Shown here: positions 24,370 through 39,030 of the stretch, piece by piece
How positions within the stretch are numbered: position 1 is the stretch's first letter
Layout of the letters: each line of letters begins with the position of its first letter
Source: Rhina ancylostomus
Lineage: Eukaryota
Reading direction: 5' to 3'
Assembly (NCBI GenBank): GCA_030265395.1
Contig: JARFYF010000012.1
Coordinates: forward strand, 25,095,174-25,159,173
Length of the DNA: 64,000 bases
Position numbers and translations under genes: made by a program
The notes under the pieces: generated by a model
The model's input: only the letters and a program-made list of their open reading frames with translations
Told to the model about the DNA's origin: nothing
The model's database searches: none

Positions 24370-26817
24370 CTGAAATAATTATCCAAAGAAACAACAATCA
24401 GCGTTTTGACATTGAAAAGTTGCCTTTAGTAATGACTAAATGTCGCTATACCTGTTTATGCTGCAACACTGGCCATTTTTAAAAAAAGGAACACAATAGT
24501 TTCCGGATCATCCTAAATGATTCTTTCCCCGATGTTCATTAAGCCAATGTATACATATTTAGAAAGAACAGCGGAAAAGGTCCAGAATCTGAGATTTCTG
24601 GCCGCCCGTCAGTCTGAACCTCACGGTCACGTTTAAATCAGTTAGAACCCATCCTTTAACAAGGTGAGGAGTGCCTGTCATTCCCAGGTATTAATNNNNN
24701 NNNNNGACTGGGCGTCAGCTCGACAAAAACGTTAATTGGTAAATACTGCACTTGCCTCGCACCACCCCCCACTCCCCAACATGTTAGGGAAAGGGATAGT
24801 GCCGTTATTTATTTTGTGAAGCGGCACAGCAAGTTTTGGAACCAAACAACGTTGTGTCTTAGTTTGTCGTTCCACCTTCTCTCCCACCCCCATTCCCACC
24901 CCAAAAAAAAACCTCATAGTTTTGTTTTGGTGCGATTTAGCCTGTGGAGTGAATCTGGTATTTATTTTTCAATTACACACAATGATTTTTTTCTCTAAAA
25001 AGACAGTCTGTGAGTACGGTTGAGTAATTATTGAGCATTCGTTCTAACAGCAGCCAGATGGTGAGAGCTCTAGGTGTGTTCGCCTCTCCTCGCTCGCCTT
25101 TCAGCGAGTCTTCTCCAGCGAGCAGTGCGCACAAACGCACCACGCTCCTTTACAACTCAGCTGAGCGCATCGGATCCCCAGTACCAAGCTGTCTGTACCC
25201 TTATTATTCATCTAACGAGATTCGCTTTGCTCGCATTGTAACGAGCTGCACCTTCCCAGTCCAGATGCTTATTTTCTGATTGTTGTCAATGAAATAAAAC
25301 ATGACTAAGTTGGGAATGTTATTGTTTCCCCTCCTGATCGCCATTCCTGCGCGCTTTTGTTTTGTTTCGTGTTTCTCTGTTTCCATTTTGCTGCAGAAAT
25401 CCTAATCAGTAAATTAGTTGCTCTGCGCCGTTGACTCTTTGATCAGTTTCATTGCTGTTTTCCATCAATCAAGTGAGATTAGCGCTTTTACAAAGCCTCG
25501 TTTGCATCATTAAAATAGTAAGGTGCGTGGCTCCGTGAGTAGATATCTCTTAAAAAACCTCTTCATACCACGCTCTTTAGAAGCAGGATATGCACCCTCT
25601 CATAATTAGGCTACGGCGATCTCGGCAAGCGTTTACCTTACAGATAAAATGGCAATAAAACCCTGTGGTCACCTTTTAAAACACAGAGGAACGGTAAGGA
25701 GGCTTCTGACCTATTGAAATAACTGTGGCAAGTGGGAAAAAGCATTGGGGTTCTTATGATCAATGTCAATCCCGTGCCAGACTCAGGCCCTTAATTCCAA
25801 ACCTAGACATCTATGGGTCATCTTATGATCTGCGCGGGCACTGCTTAACACTGTTCCTTTTTCTCCCAACTCGCAAAATCACTGCGTGATCACAAACTTA
25901 ATTAGGAAATTTGAATGATGAGGAAGACATCTGATTCCATGAGATGAACGTATGGCACGTAACGTGTACCACTGCCCCCAAAAAAGCGCAAAACTAAACA
26001 AGCAAAAATAACGGTTTTCAGCGGATGGAGGAATGAGCAACACATTTGGGCAATTTCTGGAATGGTGTTCTTTATTTATTTATAATGCGTTTGTGACAAT
26101 AAAATTAGAGTGTAATGTAAAACAAAGTGTAATTGGGGAGATGGTGAAATATTTGGCGACTTTCAATTGGAAATGTAAACGTGCCGACTCCCGTGGCTAA
26201 TTACTGTGCAGCACTTTTGATCAACCATACTTATCATCTTTGAAGTTGCAGAAGACAGGCTAAATAATTTAATAAGCAACTGCCTGTAATTATGTTATTT
26301 ACAAGGTATGACAGACAGATGATAAAGAAATACAGCTGATCTCAGGGAATGGACTGCTTCGTGACCCCTGGCGCACCCACTCAAAGCTGCAGCTTCTGGG
26401 CAGGGAAAAAAAAGTGGAGCTGAATTATGGAGAATGGGCTGAGAGGTGAATTGGAACTAGGAGAGGACAAGCTGACTTTTCACCTGAGCGCATTTAACTC
26501 CGCAGACAAATGGAGACGCCAACTGCCAGATCACCCAGCTCCACAATAACCAAATCACGCCCTTCTTCACAAAGTGCGAATTTAACACTGGGAATTTTGA
26601 GGGGCACATATGCATAGTAAAACTTAGCTGAACCCAAACAAATATGTGTTGATTTCAAGACAGTCAATTCATTTTAAATACTGCAACTTGCAAAAAAAAG
26701 TGTTGCTTTCCTACCAAAGCATGAGAAATTGTGTACAACGTAGGCTCTGAGGTTAAATGCGTAAAGCCACTGTAAACATTATAATGCAAAAAATAGTGTT
26801 TTTTTTGACTGGCTCAC

Positions 26818-26873
26818 CTGTTTGGTCATTGAATCGATGAGCCTGACGTAGAGATCCTGTTCTGTTCGCACCC
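26818..26873 (-). CDS. EBF3: EBF3 coding exon 4 (56 nt)
   Basis: (G)VRTEQDLYVRLIDSMTKQ. Acceptor tttctAG, donor GTGAGC. Confidence 0.97.
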
Positions 26874-27784
26874 CTAGAAATAAAGTAGTATCAAATTTAA
26901 CGGCACTTAAAAAGGGAAACGTGCGTTATCAATGGATGGACCGTCTCAAGATCCAGATCATTCAAAAACAGAAAGGCAAGTTTGCATACTACATTGCTCT
27001 GTTAAAGGACACTGTTAATTTGGCAAAATATGGAAGCTGGTGTCTTTGTAATGAATGCAATAAAATGAGCTGATAGGCGATAAAACGTGAATAAAATATT
27101 CGTCAGAGAAATATAAACTGTATCCCAGGAAATTCATGAATTCTTGACATTTATTGTAAATTTTATGTTTAGTTGAAATGTGCAATTTGCAGTGCTGTGA
27201 AGCGTGGAGCGCTGGTCTTTAACGGGGCAAATGTTTGTCCCGTACTTTGTATATTTTCTTTTTGGACAGGTATTCCATTACACTCAAACGGTGATAACTG
27301 ATGTCACGGGTATACTTAATGTTTTGATTATGATACTCCAATCTGGAGTTCATGGACAATAGTGTAAAAAGCAAGCCCAGAGCACTGTTTAAATCTTTTA
27401 GATCTAGAATTTTACTTTAAAGATTAGTTTTACTGTCTGCGTTTGACTCTGACAATATAGGACAATATGCTGCCCCACAGGATCACCATACAACAACGCC
27501 AAAAGGGCATGAAATTTAAAAAAAAACATTAAAATTGAACGAGGACTCTGCTTCAAAGGATGGGAACAGCATCTTTTTCACTTTCAAAGCTAAATGCCCG
27601 ATAAATCAGGAGAAGCGACAATGAAACTCTTTATTTTCTTTTTACATTTAATTGCTAGTCAGGTTGAACTTCAGAAATTTATAAACAGTGACTTGTATCT
27701 ACACCACATGACTCACACCCAAACCCCATTAAAATAGAAAAAGATAACCAGTACACCCCTCTGGATCAATTCAGTTCAACTTAC

Positions 27785-27848
27785 CATTGCTGTAAAGTAA
27801 CTGAAGTTTGTAGTGTATTCCATTGTTGGTTTTTTCATTATTTGGCTC
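27785..27848 (-). CDS. EBF3: EBF3 coding exon 3 (64 nt)
   Basis: EPNNEKTNNGIHYKLQLLYSN(G). Acceptor gcttttAG, donor GTAAGT. Confidence 0.97.
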
Positions 27849-28188
27849 CTAAAAGCAACCGTTATAAGTGAGTAATTATATAGTTCAATGTATTCCATAG
27901 TTTATTTTTCGTGTCTCTTTAAATATATGTGTTTATAATTAACAGCTTGCCATGTCAGTCTCTGGCTTGTTAAGTATGCGGCGAGTCCTTGTATTCTAGC
28001 AATAGGAAACATTTTGCTTTTAGGCTTTTGTAATAAAATAATATTTACACACAATGTCATAAACAGGCAGCTATTTTTCTTAGCAGCCGAGAGCTGTTAT
28101 AACAAGCAGAACTACACGTGGTTTGGGCGCCTCTTGAGTACCGTTAGGCTTGTTAGTTATTGTGCACTTAAAGAGAAAATCATTTCTA

Positions 28189-28626
<438 letters not shown>

Positions 28627-28629
28627 TTA

Positions 28630-28818
<189 letters not shown>

Positions 28819-29249
28819 CTAGGAGATGTCAGATTTTTTTTTCCCACGGCGAACGGAGGGGGAAATAGATGAGAGATGACTTTGCTCGTTATGATCAGTG
28901 AGAGAAAAGCCGAGTTCAGACTTGCTTCCTCTTCAAGCTGTCCTGAATTGGCACGACATAAACAATTTCAGTAGTTCAGCGCTAGTTGGATCGTGATCCG
29001 TTGTGGAGAAAAGTACAACTAGCGGGAAATTTGGTTTAAGAGTAAAAAAAATGTTGTTTGTTGATGTTGTTCTCTCAGTGTGGTGTCATCCTGCTAACAG
29101 CATCAAAGGTATTCTGCTTAGGACACTGCTGAATCGACCACTTCTGACAAGGTTCTCCTGCTCCAAAAGACAAATAAACGAAAAATGATTACCATAGAGG
29201 TGTTCCTGGACACAGGAGAGGTTGATTAGGGCCTTTAGCGTCTCACAGA

Positions 29250-29530
29250 ATGGATGGAAACATACAAACTCAGCCCTCTTTCCCCTAGGAATGGATCCTT
29301 TCCCGGGAGCCAAAACTCTAAACCCCCGGGACGGGCGCTGACAGATTCTGACGTTTAGGGGAGGAGACAGCGGCCATGTATGGAGGTCTTATTAGCATAA
29401 CCAATCGGAACGCGGCGACGCTTGCGATTGACAGCCACAACCTGAGCCGCTGCGTGAGCTGCCCTCTTTTTTTGCTCCTTGTGTATTTTTCCCTTCTTTT
29501 TCTTGTACCCAAATTTGACATCCAATAAAA
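29250..29530 (-). promoter_or_regulatory. Probable EBF3 proximal promoter
   Basis: GC/CpG-rich block ~500-750 bp upstream of the ATG. Contains CCAAT (29401-29405), octamer-like ATTAGCAT (29391-29398), Pbx/Meis-type GATTGACAG (29426-29434) and a CRE half-site CTGACGT near 29348. The TSS cannot be placed from sequence alone. Confidence 0.65.
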
Positions 29531-29870
29531 TCAAATGCAGACATTATTATTAACATAATGAATCCTTTAGGAAAAAATATACGGCGAACGTGAATTGTTT
29601 GTCTTCAAACAGAAATTAAAGGGGCAAAATTGTTACTTTAAACACAAACTGAAGTGGAGAACACTGTCAGATCAATACGTGTAGCAAGAACTTGCGGCTG
29701 AAGTTTGTATTTAAACTTATAAAATAGCGTGTGCAAATGTTCCTTGGCCCTGACTACAAATGGTTGCTGGGCAATGCAATATATGGCCAGAAAATTAATA
29801 AAATGCTGCATAGAACCTACCTGACAAATTAATTACAAACCTGAATTTTGCGTGTCTCTATGTGTGTAAA

Positions 29871-29871
29871 T

Positions 29872-29905
<34 letters not shown>
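29871..29905. repeat. (TG)n microsatellite ~1.1 kb upstream of the EBF3 ATG
   Basis: Directly visible. Confidence 0.97.
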
Positions 29906-32900
29906 TGGGGAGAGGGGGTGTCTTTAATATTTATTTTATATGTACCTACTTGTCAGTGTGTCACCTTTATGTAGTTTGTTGTGTATAAAGTGCTGTATTA
30001 CATTATTTTTTTCCTATCCATGTGATCACGTAATCAATTATGGGTAAAAGATCTAGCTATGTTCACTGAATCAATATCCAAATTATGAGGTACATTTAGT
30101 ACTAACAATATAAGGGCTGCATACGGCTGTGAATCAGAACGACGAGATGAAGTTAGATGATATGAAGATATGCGATCACCAGGAATTCCTGAAGATCCAC
30201 GTGTATTTCTAACTAGATTTTTGTTGACTAAAACTAGCCTTTCAGAGATATTAGCTTGTGCCCAGAGGAGGGGACCCTTGGGACGGAGGCTGCCCTGTGA
30301 TTTTTTTTAACTAAAGGTAGGAGCCCGGGTTGGTGGGAGAGAATCAGGGATAGTCACTTACTCAATGATCAGCTCCTTCTCTTCGTTCGTAATAGCACTG
30401 CCATCCTTTATTTGACCATTGGCACCGTACGTACGCTAATATTTTAATTAATCGGTGAAAATCGAAGTCCGAATTCTGTTATCAGGGGACACCATAACAC
30501 TTGAATTTCAATAGTCCGCTGAGGGTGAGAAAGAGATGTGTTAGAGCAATCTATTTTCTGGTGTTGGGGGTTAATGACTATTGCGACAGATAAGTGAATT
30601 ATCAAAGCTGTTGCTATTCCGATTTCAAAATCCATTACTTTGCTGGCGTCTAATTAAATACGTAAGTATAATAAAATCATATTTTATGGCGATTGAAAGT
30701 AATAAGATTAGTCTTCAGAAGCAATCATCACATATTAAGATGCCATATAGATCTACAGAATCCTAAGACTGTATTTTAAAATCAAAATGTGCAGGAAACA
30801 ATATGCATAATAAAGAAATTCTGAGCTGTATGAACCTGTATCGATCAGGTACATCTGTATTATTAACAAAATTATTACATTTCAACCGAAAATAATTTTA
30901 AGTTACAGCAAAGTATACCTTTCTTCTATTTTAAGTGTAATATTTGAAACCTGTAAAGAGTTTAAGCGTATTTTAATTCTGTGAGTCACTTGTTTAAACA
31001 TAGATGCAAAGCTCCGTTACAGTAAACGTGCATTAGTAATTAATGAGTGAAGCAACACAAATAACAATGGGTAATTTTAGCACTAACTAGTCGAAGTGAA
31101 CACGTTTTTATCAGTCATTTATATAATTTTAAATATATTTAAAGTGTTTTTCCTTCAAATCTGATAAACGTGTTTTGCACCGTCACTTACAGTGTTCTCA
31201 TACCAGATTACACCCGCCGAGGCGATTTAAATCTGATTACCAAATTATAGGGTTTTAGCCAAATCCTTTTAAAGCTGACTGTAAAACGCAACCTGAAAAG
31301 TTCCGCAAAACCGTCACAGAGCCTTCATCCGTGCTGCAGCCAAAGAGTTTTAAAACGTATTGGACAACAAATGCAGCTGCACCACTATTTTTTTGAAGAT
31401 ATTAGGCGAAAATTAATGCAAATCTGTGTTCAGAAGCCATCTGGCCAGAATAGGGGAATCAGCTGTTCCTCACAACAGGGTTTGGGCTGAATATATTTCG
31501 CTCATTTTCTATTCTCATCTGGTCTGGACGACGACTGCTCCAGACGATAGCGTGGAAAATACAACCTTTATCACCCACCCCAAATTTACCATTTTGACAA
31601 ACTGTTTGCAACAACCCAAATTTAATCGAGGGGAAATGTGACGACTCCGTATTGACACAACAATTTACCGCTGCCATTTCTTGTAGGGGAAGGGTCGCAC
31701 AAAAGCGGCTCAAACTTCATCTTTTCAATATAAAGTGACTTTGGCGTTCAAACAAATAACTTTCCCGTGTTTTGAAGGCGTTTTCAATTTTTCCAGGTAC
31801 CCTTTGTTCCCAGGGAGGAGAATGCTAATAACACACCCGCCCGAATATCACCTTTAAGCATCAACAATTACACACGCGCTTTCTTCTTTGCAAGCAAACA
31901 GCTCCATCCTAAATGAAGCGAGATTGTCGAACGATCTATTCGGTTGAAAAAAGTGAACCCGCGGAACACATTTAAATAATTTACTACAATGGGGTAGGAC
32001 AATGGGCCAGACGGTTTTATGGGCTGTTTGTTGTCAAATATTGTTTGAATTATCTGGTTTAAAAATCATATTGGGAAGTCGGGACAGTTGTGTGGTGAAA
32101 TACTGGGGATTCAGCTGGATTCTTAGTTTGAGGAGTGAGCTGGCAACCACTGTTGGACAAAGAAAGAGAGCTAGAAGCTTGCGGGATTGAATCGGATTTG
32201 CATGGTCCAGTCAAAGACCTCCCGAAGTAACGATCCTCCTTATTATGTGAAGTGTTCCTTTTGTAAATTTACGGTGAGGGTTGAATGATACACAGAATTT
32301 GCATATAAATAGCGACATCAAGCGATTCGCGTGCCACACACCAGTGGTCTCCCAGATGTCAGGCCAAAGTCAGTCAGATGGACATTGGCAGTCCCAAGTC
32401 CCCCGCGCCAGCTGTCCTCTTCTCGCCGTCATACCAGAGCACACTGAAAAATCACAATCGCCAACCAAAGACACTGCTTTTCACCAAATCTCTGGCTTTG
32501 CCTTTTGCTTTAACCCTCAACCCCGTTTTACAAACGCTCTTTTTTGTATGGACACTCGACTGCCTTTGTTCAGTTTTAATGTAGTGGGTTTTGGATATTA
32601 CCCCTTCCCCTCCCCCCAGTCCCTCAAAAGAAAAAGTAGCCGTCTACTAAATGAATGCAACTGAGCTAATTGTTGGTGTTTACAAGTCCCCTTTTAAGAG
32701 AAAAAAATATTCCTTACTGACTTTTAAAACAAAATACTTGAACCAACTGCACAACCGTTCGCGGGCGCTCAGGACTAGTTAGTGCATAAATAACGGTAGT
32801 TTTCAAATAAAGGTAACAAAATCGTAGTGCGCCTAAAACTTGCGGTGAAGATTACACAAAGGGTTACAATGCAAACTCGTATGATACAGCGTGAGGTGGG

Positions 32901-35900
32901 AACGGTAGGAGAAGCGTGGCAAAGTCGAGTATTGGGGTCACTTCCGCAGTATGTAACATACATTCATTGCGTACCACACTAATTGTCTATCGCGTTTCTC
33001 GATCCAGTTAGGCACTTTTAATTGACCGCAATCTATTTTCCAACTTACGCAAAATAAACAAATATCTAACGCGCGTCATTTTTTTTTAAAAAAAGAAACG
33101 TTACAATAGTCATTCAGGGATCGCTAAGGCATCTATAATAAAAGCCACAAATTAACTGATCGATTAAAAACGTTTCGCCAGCTTTTTACAGTTCAGCTTC
33201 CACACAGATGTAATGACAGAACTTAAATGAAAATAGCACAATTCATAAATGAGTTCTCCGCACTCCTACATTACCACACGTTATGTGATTTTTATTTTGG
33301 CTTTAATCAATTGAAACTACGGTTAGTTGATATTTTGAGTATTTTTACCCCAGGAAAATCTATTCCATTAAGCGCTTTGCAGAGATTTAGCGGAAAGCCT
33401 TAATCCCTGTTTTTACATTACAACCTGTAAGGTGCACATTTGACAAATAGCGCCGCCTCGGGAGGCCCAGAGACGCGGCTTTGGGATCAATCTGGACTCC
33501 ATCAACAGCTCGCCAACATCGCAATGTGGAAAGGAGCCCGTTGATCACACTAAGATTTCCTTACCAACTTTCTCCGAACATCCCTCAGAACTAAGAAACC
33601 TTTCCACGCACACCAGATACATCGCATTCCCGCTCTCAGGTGTCTGTCCCTGATTGCCTGCAACTTTAGAGCTGTTAATTTTTCCACCGCACATTAATTA
33701 ATATCCAGATCGGCAACTTTTTTTGTTGACAGAAATAGCTAAATCAACTGCAGCCCTCAAAATATTTTTCTGAACCTGCCGTAGAGTTTCATCATTGGTC
33801 TCGTTACGGCGTGGGTAGCAATTCGTAAATGGCAGTGATTTAGAAACGCGCGATACCATGATTTGTCGACAATATGCAACNNNNCACCACTTTTCGCTTG
33901 TGAGGTAAATAACACACGGCCACTGTTTATAACGTAGACCGTCATTAGAGAAGTGGGGTAGATCTCAAAGCGGGTGACACCGGGGTTATATTTTGTGTGA
34001 CTCGCAATAAATACCAATTGTGGATTTTTGCCTGACAGTGAGTAAAACGTTCAAAGGTCCTTCTTGTAAACGGGGCATCACCTCACAAGTCAGGGAGCTA
34101 CTTTTACACCCACTTCCAACCTTACACCTGAACACATTTTGGCGTTTTCTCGAGTCACAAGAAACTTCAAACATTCTATATATCGGGAAACACGTAAATA
34201 TCCCCAAAACTTGATTACTTCAGTGCGCAAATTTTAGAGCCATTCCGACAATACGACTTTTGGGGGTATCAACCATGCGCATCTGGGGTAAGAATATCAA
34301 TGAAACAGCCAGTCTAAATAAGAACATAATTCATTAAAATCACGCAAGTTTCAATGATAAATCTGCTCAAAGTCCCAACTTTATTTTGTTCTCAACCTCA
34401 AGAAGTTCGCTGCATTGTGCAAATTCTAACTTCCCGATCCCAGGAAAAGCAGAGGTGGAATTTGCCCGGAGAAGGATCGATTGCATTATTTTAGATATTG
34501 TATTACGCATTAATGAAACACACTTCGTTTTAATTAATTCTGATATTTTTTTGTATGCGCCGGGACGCTGATGTCATATTTAATATGTTCAATCCAGATG
34601 TCATACCTAGGGTGAGACAGTCAGTGATGGAGTGAAGCTTCAGTTCAATTCATGGAGGAAAATTGTACAGTACTGCTGGGGACTGACTTTTGTATTCCAA
34701 TTGCAAAAACACGATTCAAATATGACTATTTTGAAATAGCCAAAACGTAATATGCATTTTCAAACTCTACCTTTCAAAATCGGATACCGTAGACAATGAA
34801 CATTATATACTAATAAGCGGCAGGGAAACTTTCAATCTACTGCTCTTTAGAGTATTGTGTTTAATATAAAAATATTCGAAGAAAGAATCTAAACCCCTCA
34901 TTTTAACAGACTGCAATTCTAATCGCGTATCTCTTGTAGTATAGGCGCTGCATAAGAAATAATTTCCATTAAAATTTGGTATATTTTCATACTAATAGAA
35001 CTATTGATTGGAAAGCTGTTGCCAATTTACTTTTTGTAATGCCACGCCGCAATTTGCATTTATTCAACAGATCGTAATGAAGAAAGAAAGCTGGGCGGTT
35101 TGGCTGCCGAAAGCGTAGCTGGGGGGCAATGCAAGAACATAGATTGCTTCCAGTCAATTAATATGCAGTTTGTCCCAATAAAAGAAGGAGTGGAAATAAA
35201 ATAAGACACTGAGGACTTCCTCACTATTAAGATTAGTCAACGAGATTTCCAAATTTGTTGTTAGGCATGAGATGTTCTTCTAACTGACAGTAATTTGTTA
35301 AACTACCAAATATGCTCCCGCACACTTGAAACTGCCAAAGAGGTATTACCCTTGAACTAGATCTAAATTATTCAGCAGGTTAATTTACTTAAAGAAAACA
35401 TGGACAAAGTTAAATACAGTATTACATCCCGGGATGTGTTTGCTTGCAAATAATTTGGAAGGAATGAATACTATGAGTTAGAACAAAGTTTGATTCTAAT
35501 ACATTGGCTTAGTAAAATTAATTTGAAAAGAGGGTAACAATATTTGCTGTAGGAAATTGCACGATAGGAACATGAATGGCAAACATATTTAATCTGCATT
35601 TTAACAGCTAATTTTTGCTTTTGACAGAGGCACGATTTTCCCTATATTTAGAGTTAGCATTTTAACGCAGATGGCATCGATGAATAACAAGAGATAAGCT
35701 AACTTCTTGCAATCAAAGATTATTAGCAACGGTTTTGGATAGCGATCAAAAAATTGCAACCCTCGTATTATGGTGACAGTGCGCCACCTAAAGGAACCTT
35801 TGCGTATAACCAGGATAACAACTTGGGAGTTTAAAACTTAAACAATACCGTTCATTTTGAATTCTCACGTAGATTTTATGCTCTGATAACCTTTTCAGGA

Positions 35901-38900
35901 TACTTTTTACTAAAATACAACGTTAGTCAATAGTTCAGTTGCGTTCGTCAATTTTATTTCATGGAAAATATTCGCAAATTAAGAAAACGCACCCCAAAGA
36001 ACATAGTTCAAACGTATACACCTCCCGCAACATAATCAAATGAATAAAAAGTGGCCACATTCTGATTATTGATTAATGGCAAGATAGAAGACTACAAAGT
36101 TAATGACTTAACCTCAGAAGTGACTGGTGGGTTGACATACCTGTCTCTCGGATGGCTTTTGCTAGAGATTTTTTCTTTTTTTATATATTTTAACATCAAT
36201 CTGGATTTGAGCTCAATGAACTCAACTTCACCTACTGAACATTGAATGCACTATCAAGGAAATGACCACCTTGAATAAATCAACAATATTCCTGACAGAT
36301 CGATCAATTTGTGGTTGTTTACTTTTGGAATTGATTCGTGGCCATTATAATACTTTAAACCATCTACCTTTTACGCTGCTGTACATGATGGAGGATAGAG
36401 TTTCAATCTTAAAACCGAATGAGGAAATGCTCTCATTGACAGAATGTACATTCAAATAAAATTGATTTGTTTGAAACTTTTAATGTTTTTGCCGTTTATC
36501 ACACTATACAAATAACGAAGGGATGCAAGGGTGGGAAAGATTTTTGGGATGAATTTGATCTGTAAAGCATGGATGAATAATGAACGTGACCCAAATATTT
36601 ATGTGACACATTGTTATTAAATAGAACGTAATTAAGAATGAAAATTTCGAAAAGTTGAAAATATCTTATCTATTGTATAGTAATATAATATAATCAGCCA
36701 TAATAAATACACAATACATATCTATAATAAATATCCATGATATGCAAACACACATCCATGTATACTAATCTGCAAATTCATTATTTACATGGACGTGCTT
36801 AAACTCAAATTATTTGAGAGCAAACAGTGAAAATATCTTATGAACTGCTGGTAACATGTTTACGAACTATATGTGAATTATACCAAATAACAGCGAAAGG
36901 GGTCTTTAAACGCAAAATAAAGAGAGCGTGTCTGCCTCTAACCTATAACTGAGACTGTTATGGCATGTCAAGGTAGTGTGAAATCTAGAACATCGCTTAC
37001 CTTTCATGGACAATTAGACACTAGACAGATTTTCCTTTAAAGCCAAAGTCGGAACTATTTACCCGTCATGTTGTGTTTATTTATGTACTGTGAAAGCGTG
37101 ATCCTGGGCTAGTTTAGTTACTTACAGGGAGATTCTTTGCAATTTCTGTCCACAACTCAAATTGGGGTCGCGTGGCCAGTGCAAAGCCCGCTCAGGCGCA
37201 AGCGCAGTCTAACTGGTCCGGGGAGGCGGGATGTGGTTTTGTGCTTCATGGCTTTGTCTTTGGCGTGTTAAACTGATCAGGGAAAGGGATGAGCGACTCC
37301 GAGCAAAGAACTTCAGACAAGTGGGGGTTTCCACAGAGTCCTGAGCCGCGGGTGCATTTTCTCCAGCAAGGGGCAGAGGTCCATTTAGAAAAGGACGGCC
37401 TCTCTTCCCCCAACTCCCCCTCAGGATAAATGCAAATGTTATGACAACTTCTCAAGTGTTGAAGGTTAAACATTTAAGTGTTTTAAAAGTGTCAGAATCT
37501 GAGCGAACGTTGACTGAAACCGTGCGCGACTTCCTGAAGTAACTGTCTATGCCCAACAGTGTTGAATTCCCTTGCTCAGTGAACTATTGGAAGGCGGGTC
37601 ACGGTGTGAAAGGGCACGTACCAGGTGACCCTGGAGTTCAGTTCAAATGTGGCAGTCGTTCCACAGGGGACAGCAACAAGCAGCCTTACCAAACTTCCCA
37701 GCACTCACACACATGTCTGTTATTCAAGTGAATGCGAACAGGGTGTGGAGCAAGTCTTGCCACAGAGTTAAAGGCATGCAACAGAAACAATTCAAAGGGT
37801 GCATAATGTGACCACACAAAATTTGCATCCACCTTTCATTTTTTGCGTGGTCTTTGGAATAATCGTGGGTGATGACATCCATCCTCTACACACCATAATT
37901 TTCATTCAATCGATCCTTTTGAAATTGATGAGCCTTTAGAGGAACCAAAAAGCTCAGGATTGTTTTTAAAGCTACCAAAAGTAATTTTGGAAATACAATG
38001 TCTGTAGTCAGGCATTTTAAGGTTGGTTACCTGTAAATGATTTTTATTTCCTTGCTTGGTTGAGTGAAACAAACTGAATAAGAATGCCAATGTACGTATA
38101 AAAAATGTGGGAAAATGTTTTGATAAAAATTAAGATTTCACTCAAAATTTAACAGCTTGGGCATTGGCATTGAGGGTGCACAGATATTTAACAATATAAT
38201 TACATGTAAAGGGTTGCTTTTGAGTGAGCTGCCAGCTAATTAAGGTGTTCCGATTATGTCAAAAACCATTAAGGGGAAAGTTCAAGTAGACCATAAACAT
38301 GGTCTGAACTTTGAGATGCAGCAATACTATTTAACTCACACTTTGGTACCTATTATGTTTCCAGATCATTATGCCACTTATAGCTAATTAGGAAGCTGAT
38401 TTTATGATGTCAGAAGACATTCAACAGTCTGAGAGGCCTGGGCCATTCATTCTCCAGCAGAGTATGTTCTGTTTCCATGGGAACTTAGACCTTAAATCCA
38501 ATGATGGAATTCAGCAATCAAGTATTTTTTTAAACAGCACTGTTTGTTTCCCAGAGGTCATACAATATAGTCATTAAATTAATGATAATCAGAAATAGTG
38601 TCTGCAATATCTTTTCTTTAAGTGATTTCTAAAACAAACAGGTTTTGGTAATGTTTGTAAAATCATATCTTCTGAAGTAAGTTGATGCATCTTCCCTCCA
38701 TTTCTTGCTCTAATCTGTTTGGTTGACATGTCAGAATTTCAGAAAACAAGGAACTTACATTTGAGTTTAAGATGCTCATTCCATTTTATAGTTGTTACTT
38801 GATGCTTATTACAATTAAAATTTTTACTTTTTTTTACTTCTTTTGCCTTGTCTGGACCACATCAGCACTGTGATAGATGACATTTGGAGAATGACATTAT

Positions 38901-38919
38901 ATTCTATATGCCATAACTG

Positions 38920-39030
38920 TAATGGAATTGGAATTGGTTTATTATTGTCACGTGTACCAAGATACAATGAAAAACTTAGTTTTGCAAGGCATTGATACAG
39001 ATCATTTCAAAACATAAGAACATTGAATGT
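38920..39030 (-). mobile_element. Short Rex1-type LINE 3' terminus
   Basis: ggaattggaattggtttattattgtcacgtgtaccaagatacaatgaaaaac matches the reverse complement of the tail at ~6620-6676. Confidence 0.7.

Noticed and set aside
32281-32664. 127-aa + strand ORF in the upstream CpG domain
   Set aside because: Non-ATG start, no domain similarity and no convincing splice context; consistent with chance.
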